Shown here: piece after piece, positions 9,801 through 18,673 of the stretch
Position numbering within the stretch: the first letter of the stretch is position 1
Layout of the letters: each line of letters begins with the position of its first letter
Source of the DNA: Amoeboaphelidium occidentale
Lineage: Eukaryota
Direction of reading: 5' to 3'
DNA: 20,000 bases
Assembly (NCBI GenBank): GCA_023515795.1
Contig: JALGPX010000046.1
Location: 56,080 to 76,079 of the forward strand
Notes under the pieces: generated by a model
What the model saw: the letters and a program-made list of their open reading frames with translations, nothing else
What the model was told of the DNA's origin: nothing
Databases searched by the model: none
Program-made: the position numbers and the translations under genes

Positions 9801-11517
9801 TTTGAATGCATGCTTCATTGCTGGAAGAGCCATTGTTGATACATGGCCACATCCTATTTTACCTTGGGCTCGAATTAGTGAGAAGTACTTTCCTGGACTC
9901 GCATCAAATGCATTAAGACAAAGAATTAATACAATTGCACGAAATGAAGATGTTAAGAATGAACTTGAAGCAAAAGTTGGTCGCTGGAAATCCAGGCGAG
10001 AAGAGTTGGTAAATGAAGGAAAGCTTGATAAAGTTCCACCAAGGCTTAAAGAATTTTCAAGTTATGATCTCGACAAAGATTTAAGCTTCATTAATGAAAT
10101 TGAGAAGACTGGATGGGGAATTGAACCACGCCATTGTCTGCCTGTAGTTCAAAGTGACGTGCAAGATCTTGCTGCATATTTGGAGGAGAACGAATTTGTT
10201 ACTGAAACAGACATTTCTATTGGTGAACCATACATTGATTTAGAGTCAAAGGATAGCATACAAGAGAAGCTAGGAAACTTCTTACAGAGTGATTATAGCC
10301 TTGCAAGAGATGAGAATGACAAGCTTGATTCTCGTGAAGAAGACTACGTTACTGGTTCACTTAAAAGTATGTTCCTTAACATGGACCCTTCCTATGATTC
10401 TAATCGAGCGATTGAACAATTATCAAAGTTTGATCAGCGTGTGTTGGAGCAGAAAGTTGATGAGCTTGTTCAAAACCGCTTTCTTCTGAATGTGAGGAAT
10501 ACACATAAGCAGCTTGGTCACAATGGACCATCGTATTCTGCTAACCAACAAGCACTACTGTTGATAACAGGGTTTGAAGACTTATTTGTCCAGCTGACTA
10601 AGTTCAACAAGTTTTGGCTAGAATTCTCTGGAACCTACGATTTGTCTGATGAGAATTTAGGAGATGTTTCATTTTTGTCTTTGGTTTCCATGCTTATCCA
10701 AGGCTTTGTAAGTTTCACTGTTGTAACAAAAGATGTTGGAGACGTTATGAAGAGCACTAGGAATGTTACTGAGGCTCCAGTGTATTCTGTGGTTTTCAGT
10801 CCAAAGCAGGCTAACAGATTGACGAAGAGAGAAAGAGAAGAGCCTGAAGAAGGAGGTCAGTGCGTTGATCCTAAGGTTAAATCTGAACTTGTGAGTAGCA
10901 ACGCTCGGGAAGAAGTTTCAGCCGAAAACGAGATTATGTGGGAAGGCGACTGGGAATCTTTGACGTCGTATGTAGCATCTAAACAAATTTCTGAAAAAGA
11001 ATTTAAAGCTGAACTCAGGGTCGGAAAATTGCAGAGAGAAGGTTATCAGAAGTTTTTATACAGAGTAAGAAGTGACAGTTCACTTGCATCTATCAATCCG
11101 CGAGGGAATTCATCAGATCCTAAATCTAGGGAAAGCATAGAACCAAGAGTTTGGAATGACGTGAAGGGAAGTTTTAATGCAAAGAAATTCAAGAGTGTTT
11201 GCTTGGCAGTCCTAAGCACGATAACATTACGCCCTGGAATATCATTTGTAAGTTTTTGATGTCGTAATAACTCTTACTTTAAGGCCAACCTAGTTAAACT
11301 TTTTACATTATCATTGGGTGCTTGCGAGATCATTGAAGTACTTGAATTTTTAATGTGGAGGAATCTTGTTAGAAAGCAAGTTTTAGAATGCGAAACTGGA
11401 AAGTTTGTCGTCTTTGAGGCAACAATACAATCAGTTCAAGCATGTGCTTACGATTTTGGAAGCTACGACAAGGTCTTTATTCCGGTGGATTGTGATCTTT
11501 TGAGTCTTATGGGGTGA
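6838..11517 (+). CDS. TFC3: RNA polymerase III factor TFIIIC largest subunit (B-box binding, GTF3C1/Tfc3), ~1534 aa; introns 6887-6925, 11248-11283
   Basis: N-terminus EHLAFEGESGL; B-block domain FKVLEAIAVSKEKGVTQAEL...MDSRTVFYHTKLL; TLDRKSMQR; KLSRARIFHRYL; C-terminal TITLRPGI. Both introns keep the frame. Confidence 0.85.
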
Positions 11518-11571
11518 CACCAAAATAATAGAAAGCCATTATAATTGAGATTACTCAAATCTTATTCGTGC

Positions 11572-11611
11572 CTACAATATTAGACGCTTTACCTTTACTG
11601 TTATTCCATAC
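11572..11611 (-). other. Intron-like 40-nt element outside any CDS, just 3' of the putative guide RNA
   Basis: Minus strand GTATGG...GTCTAAT-attgTAG. Length and signals match the other introns in this window. Confidence 0.5.
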
Positions 11612-11618
11612 AAAAGTC

Positions 11619-11954
11619 AATGAGTCAGTTGTAATCTTTCATCATTTCCATGGTCGAACCAAAGCCGTTAGCCTTTTGACTTGACGTGCTAAAACCTCAA
11701 CTGTGCTATGAAATCCTGCACTTCATCGTTCACTATGCCGATGAAGCGTGCCGACTCGTAGCAGGTTTTCTGTAAGATCGACCCTTTAACACGAAGGCAG
11801 AACTTCGCCAACCTGCCCATTTACGATCTGTTTTGCTGTCTTGGCGCTTGACTAAAAGTGATACTTCTCGCGTATACTTCTCCTTCTGGCCAAAGTTTGT
11901 AATGAAAATGGTTCGACCATGTTACGACCTTTTACCGTAAACATCACTCTCATT
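11619..11954 (-). ncRNA. Putative composite box C/D + H/ACA guide RNA (U85/U87-type scaRNA architecture), ~336 nt
   Basis: Terminal stem AATGAG/CTCATT with 3-nt K-turn bulge; C box GTGATGT (11947-11941); C'-like ATGATGA (11645-11639); D box CTGA (11628-11625). Perfect 13-bp stem 11649-11661/11909-11921 encloses two hairpins separated by H box ACAGAA (11773-11768) and ending in ACA (11704-11702). Guide GGTAAAAGGT is complementary to U5 loop 1. Confidence 0.72.
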
Positions 11955-12020
11955 TGCTAAAGAAGAAGCATTCGCGATTTGTAACAATATTGGATCTCCA
12001 ATGTGTTTCCTGTTATCGGC

Positions 12021-12120
12021 TCAGGTTCAGAATAGACGCTGTTACTCCCATAACTGCAAGGGCTAGATGCTGCCATAAAGATGATCTAAACCATAACATT
12101 TATTACATTTCATCAAACCC
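12021..12120 (-). ncRNA. Possible second box C/D snoRNA (~100 nt)
   Basis: TTGATGA (12116-12110) and CTGA (12030-12027, or 12024-12021), with a short terminal stem GGGT/ACCT. K-turn geometry is imperfect and no clear target was identified. Confidence 0.3.
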
Positions 12121-12143
12121 GTTATTTCATAAAATGAGCAAGA

Positions 12144-14228
12144 TCATTCACAGTCCATATGATTAGAGGAAGATTTCAATTGCGCGACTAATTCTTCATA
12201 GAATACCCTTGAGACGCCCTGTTCGCTTGAATTCATTACCAAAGATTCAAATTGATCGCACCATTCTTGTCCCAGAAGTTGTAAAACATTTTCTTGATGA
12301 ATGAAATTCAAAAGCTTCATGTTGAAGTCTTGCGAGCTATCTTTTATCAAGTTAATTAAAATGGCTTTCAAATTCTCAGCGTGACAAGGACGTGTGCTTT
12401 TAACAATTTCTTCAATTATGAAATCCATGGCTTGTTGCTTGCATTGTTTATCATCTTCATTCTTGAACCAATTCTCGTCGCAGACTTTTTGAAGTAAATC
12501 TTCACGAAGAGAATCCCGGCGACTTAACCAATTCTTTGCATTAAACAGATTGGCTTTGGCTTTCGACTCTGAAGATAAAATAGTTGGCAGTATTGCAAAA
12601 TGCTGCGATGCAAAAGCCTCTGTGGTAACCAAATCATTCTTGAACAATACTTCCGTCAGCATGATGACATGCTCTAAAACGTATTGATCTTCTTCAGTCT
12701 TCAATAAATCATCTACAGCAGACAGATGATCATCTCTAAACACGACTTTCTTTTGAGCTAAACACTGTAACATATCAATCGATGTCTTTCGAATTTTCCA
12801 ATCTTCTGAATTAGACAAACACATGGCAATGTCCAGCAATGCTTCATACACTTCAGGATTATCTTCAGTCTTTTCTAGTATGAAGATCATTAATTCTAAC
12901 CGAGAACGCAGAGCAGCAGAATGTAACATATCCTGATTAGCTAAAGTCACCAACGAAGACAGTAAATCATGCACAACTTGATTCTTAACTTCATTCTTAG
13001 TGATAGCATACAAGCAAAATCTTTCAGTGTACTTCTTCAATGAGGTATGAATCGGATCGGTGCTTGAGAGTAACTTGAAGTAGGGCCAGTTTGCAACATT
13101 ATTCAACATTTCCACGTTTACGCTATTGACCATTGAAGATGCTAAAAAGTAGCGTGCTATCATTTCGTTCTTTCTGAGACCAAATTCAATATCATGACCA
13201 GATACTGTAGTCGCTAAAGCAGTGGTTGCTTCTGGATCAACAAGATTTGAAGCATAAACAATGTAATCCTGAACCATACCATCATCGGCCTTTCCTTTCG
13301 CACACATGTACTTCCACGCAATAGGAACTATATCAAACAGTATCGCACGGTACTCCTTCCTGCCAGACATTGTGAGGAAGTAAAGAAGTTCTTCTCTAGG
13401 TGGAAACACATTGTGCTTATTGAAAGAGAAAACATCATTCGTCAGGGCCAAGTCAAATAGCTCCAAGATAGCTTCATTGAATATGCGATCCCTATTCAGT
13501 AATGAAAATGACAAGTTGATAGTCTTTGCGATTCTGACTCTTTCTTGTTCAGTGTCTTGGTTCCATGTGATTTCGGTCACAAAAGGCTTCAGGAATCTGA
13601 TGATCAACAACGAGTAATTTCTGTTGTACACAGCCTCCTTCTCAACAGCCCACTTGGAAACGATTTCCGTAAGATGCTCAAGGAGAATCGCGCGACCTTT
13701 CTTCAGGCCTGGGCGTTTGTCAGCCAAACACACCGACAGGAATTCTGCCATGGAATTCAGCGTGCGGCTATTAACAGCGCATTGCGCATTGAAACTCAAA
13801 ACTTCTTTGCTAAGCAGCTCAAATACTTCCTTCAAATGGTCGATATCAATTCGTCCTCTGCGTTCAACTTCTGCGAACAGCTTCCATATTGCTCGATCTT
13901 CCGTGCTGTCTTTCTGTTCGTGTGTTGTCTTCAGTCTAGCGACTAATGAATAGTAAATATCTTCTGCGATTTCTTCTTCTGGACCCATAAGTACGCTGTA
14001 CACTCCAACTGCTGTTGCGAATACGTGACCACGATCGCTTTTTATCATCTGCGCCAACAAGGACCCAACTTTGGGATCGCTTCCTACGCGTAGTTTTGAC
14101 TGATGCTCCATATCATTGAACCACTTAAATAGGCGTTCATAAACGACGTCTTCGTGGTCCGTCTTTCTGGCTAAATTCAACAAGTTGACGGCTTGCTCTG
14201 ATTCCGTTGTTTGCTCTTCGAACGTCAT
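12144..14228 (-). CDS. ARM/HEAT-repeat protein, BRAT1-like (694 aa from first ATG)
   Basis: Helical repeat protein with SEDWKIRKTSIDML and EEDQYVLEHVI (similar to BRAT1 WEVRDSALEF and ESYVRASAV segments as recalled). C-terminus MDCE resembles the BRAT1 terminal DCY. Confidence 0.6.
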   Translation of the reverse strand: MTFEEQTTESEQAVNLLNLARKTDHEDVVYERLFKWFNDMEHQSKLRVGSDPKVGSLLAQMIKSDRGHVFATAVGVYSVLMGPEEEIAEDIYYSLVARLKTTHEQKDSTEDRAIWKLFAEVERRGRIDIDHLKEVFELLSKEVLSFNAQCAVNSRTLNSMAEFLSVCLADKRPGLKKGRAILLEHLTEIVSKWAVEKEAVYNRNYSLLIIRFLKPFVTEITWNQDTEQERVRIAKTINLSFSLLNRDRIFNEAILELFDLALTNDVFSFNKHNVFPPREELLYFLTMSGRKEYRAILFDIVPIAWKYMCAKGKADDGMVQDYIVYASNLVDPEATTALATTVSGHDIEFGLRKNEMIARYFLASSMVNSVNVEMLNNVANWPYFKLLSSTDPIHTSLKKYTERFCLYAITKNEVKNQVVHDLLSSLVTLANQDMLHSAALRSRLELMIFILEKTEDNPEVYEALLDIAMCLSNSEDWKIRKTSIDMLQCLAQKKVVFRDDHLSAVDDLLKTEEDQYVLEHVIMLTEVLFKNDLVTTEAFASQHFAILPTILSSESKAKANLFNAKNWLSRRDSLREDLLQKVCDENWFKNEDDKQCKQQAMDFIIEEIVKSTRPCHAENLKAILINLIKDSSQDFNMKLLNFIHQENVLQLLGQEWCDQFESLVMNSSEQGVSRVFYEELVAQLKSSSNHMDCE

Positions 14229-14281
14229 CAACTTCAGAACGAAAAATCAGTTTGAAAAGGAACCTCTATTCTAAACGATCT

Positions 14282-17200
14282 TCAGAATTCGTACCATTTC
14301 TTTTCTTGTTGTTTCTTGTTGTATTCTCTAATAGTCTCTAAAAAGTCTTTGCTTTGATCAGCCAAGTTCGCAAACTTATCATCAAGCCTCTGAAGCTTTT
14401 CTCCTCGCTCAGCAAGATTGTTTCGAGCGTCTAGGAAAGCGTTCTGTTTCTTATCAGACGTGTCTGAGACTTCCTCAGCGCCCTCCATAAGTTCTTCTCG
14501 CTCGTTTCTATGAGAGGTTGCAGCCTGGGATTTCATCTTTCCTTCGACGTTATTCTGCTTTCTCTGCGTAGATTCCTTTGCTTTAAAATTGTACACCAGT
14601 TTCAAATCATCACATTCTGCAGCCCAATCTTGATCATTTGTCCATAATAATGCTCCCGTGAATGCTTTCTTAATTGTTCCCAAGAATTGTTGCTTGCTGT
14701 CCATTAGAACGTCCATATTGGGGCGCGATGGAATCTGTAACATTGTATCGTACGGAAGCCCGAGTGATAGCGGGACGTTTCTTCGTTTCTCTGCATGGAA
14801 TATATAAAACTGCTGAAGATCACCTCGATCAAACAAGATTGTAATTCTACCATCTTTACATATATCAATTACATCACTAAAAATTAAAACGAATCCAGTG
14901 TAAATTTTTACTCTTTGCTCAACTTCAGCGAAGAGATCTGATTTTTGAATAGCTGTTTCAACGTAGGCAGAGAATGAACGATCACCGTTGCATCTTCTAA
15001 AACAGCGACTAAAAAGACTTGTCCTAAATAATAATAAGCTACTGAAACTTCATGAAAGTACCCATAAAGTCAACTAAATTTGCCGCCATGATAATTCCTT
15101 CAAGAGAGATCTCGTATTCAACTTTTTGCGAGACGTTTTTTAATATCTTGATGCAAGACTTGTGACAAACGATAGTGTAGTATCTTGTGTCTGATATAGT
15201 TTCCATTGTTTTGAGTTTATCGTGGTTAAGACTATCAGCAGACCCTCCTTTCGCTTTCTTGTTCTTTTTAGGCTCTGTGGCTTCTGGATCAACTGGAGTT
15301 GGTGGTTTTTCTGTCTTACGGACCAAATCATCAGCCACGACTCTTTTTCCTTCAATAGAATCAATTATCGACAAGAATACATCTTTTGATGGAGATTCTG
15401 ATATTTTTGATCTAGCTACTATTGGCACAATGGCATTATCAGCCATATTAACCAATTCGATTTGGTATGCGTAAACACAGCCAGATTCCGTACCAACAAG
15501 CATAATCAGTGTAGGCGAGACCGGTTCAACATTTAAATCCTTCAAAGGAACAAAAACAGAAGAAAATACAACCTTTGTGACGATATCTGGGCGTAAATCT
15601 CCTTTTCCGCTATCTTCTGTGGAGGAAGTAAGCAGAATTTTTTCATGGTGTATTATCTTAAAGGTGCCGATATTGAGAAGCCAAAAATCTCCTGTACTTA
15701 AGCCGATAAAAAAGAGCCTGTTCTTGGGGTCATACTTGGTTATTGTAAAAGTTGCGTCGCTGGAGATGTCTTTCAACGTAATCGTAAACACAGGCTGAAA
15801 TCCACTAGAGCAAGTTGTGCTTACTTCTTCAATAATAAAACCATTAAGCTTTTCTTTTCTAAGCTTATCTTGAGACTCTTCCATCCTATTTCTTTCCGAT
15901 AGCTTGTATGCAGTAATTGACATTGCGTCGTAACAAACTAACAACATACTATCCTCTTCAACAAACTCAAAATAATTAATTTTTGGTTTCTCTCCTTCCG
16001 CAAAGTGCGAATCTAAAGTAAGATAATCCATTGGCTTTAGTGTTGCCCCGATTTCCCAAAACACTATTTGATTTTGTTCATTAGCCAATAGCAAGATATC
16101 GTTCATATCTGAAGGAGGATTTGGAATATCCAGCAATTCAGTATCGTCTTCAGCTTCTTCGTTACCACCACTGTTTTCTTCTGGTGATTCCTGGATTGTG
16201 AGATCTCGAAAGGATTTTAGAACTTTCATTGCTGTGACAGGGTCGGAACTGGATACTCCTGGTATTCCACCGCAAACCATTGGTAAAGGAGTCTTTGAAG
16301 GTTGACCTTCCTCAGATTGCAGTTGAAAGTCTTTAAGTTTGAAGAAATCCATTGCGCTTATTCCCAAAGCGAACTTGGCTAACTTTTGCAGCGGCTGATT
16401 GTAATAATTCAAAGTGTTGAATCCTGACATTGGAGGAAATCCTTTCAAGGTGATATCATAAGCTCTAAAGTATCCGGAAGAAGTTATTAAAAAGATTGCG
16501 GCTGGATCTAATTGCTGGTTGGCCCAAGGAGAATTTGTAGGCGTGACTATGAAACAATTAATATCATCATTCTCAATTCCTATCATATGTTGAGCCTTGT
16601 AAGATTTCATATCTGCAATATCTTTCCCGATTTCAAATATTCGAACTCCTCTCAGAGATTCCACAGATACATTCCCACCTGAAACAATAATCCACGAAGA
16701 ATCCTTTTGCTCCAGCGAACAGCACCATTCGATTTGATAGACAGGATCTAGAGAATAATTGTCGCGGTAACCTGATACGAATTTAACCGATAAAGCCTGA
16801 TCATTTTTCTTATTCCAGAAAGCGAACTGACCATTATCGAAACCAGCAACGAAATGACTTCCATCAGGTTTCCAACTTGCACATGTGACACTAATATCAT
16901 CCGTGCTCCTACCTTGTGGAACATATAAATCAGAGGAATTAACAAAGAAGCTTTTCAAGACTTTCTTTTCTGCGTGACTCCAAAGAACGATTAAACGAGA
17001 ATTATATCCGATTAGAATCTGTGTTGGGAACTGAGGATGTGTAATGCAAAACGAAACTGGAATAGACTTATGATTCTCAGGACACGGGATCAATTCTTGA
17101 GATAGGTTCCCTCTTTCACAATTCAAAACCAGGACATTGCCTGATACTGTACCCATGAAACCCACACCCATTCCACAAGGTAAATCGAAATAAGTTACTT

Positions 17201-17761
17201 GTTCTCCCACATCGACTACGAAATCTGCAAGACCATTAACCAAGTTCCAACCAACGACTTGGTTCCTCCCATCGATACTTATCAGCAGACCGGAGCCTTG
17301 TTTGAACTTGAGACATTTCACAGGATTGCGCCGATCGTTGTCATATTTTGATCGCGGCGAGGGAACATATCCATCAGGTTGATCTTTCGATGCAACGCTG
17401 TTTAACTCAAAGTATCTTTCAACACCAACCTGCCCAAAAACGACGATGCTACCCGTAGAGGTTCCGATTGCCATGATCCTTTGAACTGTGTCGTAAGCCA
17501 AAACGCTGATTATTCCAGGAATACCAAATCGGCAGCCCTACAGAGCTGATAAGACTTATAGCAGATGAAAGGCACCTGTTTAATTGCAAAGAATTTGTTT
17601 AATACATTCTCATCATGTTCCACCAGAGGGCAGAATGTTACAGACTGATTTTGTCCACTCTGTTCCTCCTTCTTGTGTAAACTGAATGCCTCCCGTAACT
17701 TTGAAAAGGTAAAACCTTTCTTATGCTTCGCTGACTTTTCCTTCACCGTAGGAGAACTCAT
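14282..17761 (-). CDS. Tomosyn / Lgl family (Sro7-like) WD40 protein with C-terminal R-SNARE; introns 17575-17538, 15061-15024, 14911-14877
   Basis: RFGIPGIISVLAYDTVQRIMAIGTSTG is the Lgl/tomosyn N-terminal signature. C-terminus ERGEKLQRLDDK...KKWYEF. Three introns join ORF-track fragments in frame. Confidence 0.9.
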
Positions 17762-17806
17762 CAAGGCGATCGAAGAGATTGAGTTGTTTCGCTTTTCGAA
17801 AGAGAT

Positions 17807-18655
17807 ATGATCGCAAAGTTCATGATATTGAGACGATACTCATCCAAATCACTTCCAAGCTGGCTACCTCTACAGATGGACCTAAAGATTGCTCTGCTGA
17901 AAAGATCAGATTTTAGTTCTGCAGAAGTTCAGGGAAATATCAGCGATCGACTGTTAACTTATGGTCAGCGTTTAAGCGAGTACACAGTAAGGCAAAAGAG
18001 TATGCCGCAGTATCAGAGGAAAGCTGCTATATTAATTCCGTTATGTACTGTTTCAAGTGATGATGATTCGATCGTTAATGAGCCGTCAATCCTATTCACA
18101 TTGCGAAGTGTTCAGCTCCGGAAGCATTCTGGTGAAGTTAGTTTCCCCGGTGGTTTGAGTGACCCTGTGGAAGATTTATGTGAAGATAGAAAGGAAGTTT
18201 TACTGAGCAGAACAGCAATTAGGGAAACTACGGAAGAATTACCGTCTCTGGATCGCAAGAACATCAAGATCCTTGGAACGCTTCCTCCGATTCCCGATAA
18301 AACACAAACAATCTTAGTTGAGCCTTATGTGGCATACGTTGGACATGTTAGGGCTATTATTAAAGATGGTGTCAGGTCTTATCCTGAAATATCATGGAAT
18401 GAATCGGAGGTTTCTGATGTTTTTACAATGTCGCTTACGGAACTACTGGACGAGAGCAGAGTTGGACTTCAGTCTTTCCATTCACGGTTCACAAAAATTC
18501 CTTACTGGAGAGGCCCACCACAGCGTATAGATGAATCTGAGGCGAACAATCCGATAAATTCAGTCGCCGATAAGAACGGAGTTAAATGTTACAGGATATG
18601 GGGACTGACAGCATATGTCCTTAACCAATTCATGCAAAATATTCTGTTGAAGTAG
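17807..18655 (+). CDS. Nudix CoA pyrophosphatase (NUDT7/NUDT8/Pcd1 family), probably mitochondrial
   Basis: AAILIPLC, ILFTLRSVQLRKHSGEVSFPGG (NuCoA motif), TAIRETTEEL, IWGLTAYVL. N-terminus is basic and presequence-like. Confidence 0.88.
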   Translation: MIAKFMILRRYSSKSLPSWLPLQMDLKIALLKRSDFSSAEVQGNISDRLLTYGQRLSEYTVRQKSMPQYQRKAAILIPLCTVSSDDDSIVNEPSILFTLRSVQLRKHSGEVSFPGGLSDPVEDLCEDRKEVLLSRTAIRETTEELPSLDRKNIKILGTLPPIPDKTQTILVEPYVAYVGHVRAIIKDGVRSYPEISWNESEVSDVFTMSLTELLDESRVGLQSFHSRFTKIPYWRGPPQRIDESEANNPINSVADKNGVKCYRIWGLTAYVLNQFMQNILLK

Positions 18656-18673
18656 CTGTTTAAAACGGTTTAT

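Noticed and set aside
11649..11921. 13-bp inverted repeat as MITE terminal repeats or RNase P/MRP P1 helix
   Set aside because: No target-site duplication and no P4 (CR-I/CR-V) motifs found. Flanking C/D boxes favour a guide RNA.
11916..11936. + strand accatgttacgacc resembles the U13/snR45 antisense element to the 18S 3' end (ACCUUGUUACGAC)
   Set aside because: It has a mismatch, overlaps the 13-bp stem, and I found no CTGA box on the + strand in this gap. The minus-strand model explains the same bases better.
11999..12110. + strand snR30/U17-like 3' hairpin (gtttcctg ... aaaccat ... ACA)
   Set aside because: The m1 motif does not match AUAUUCCUR and the m2-to-ACA spacing is longer than expected. 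Not fully excluded without a covariance model search.
11954..12166. 70-aa + strand ORF
   Set aside because: TTG start, no recognisable domain, and it overlaps the BRAT1-like stop.
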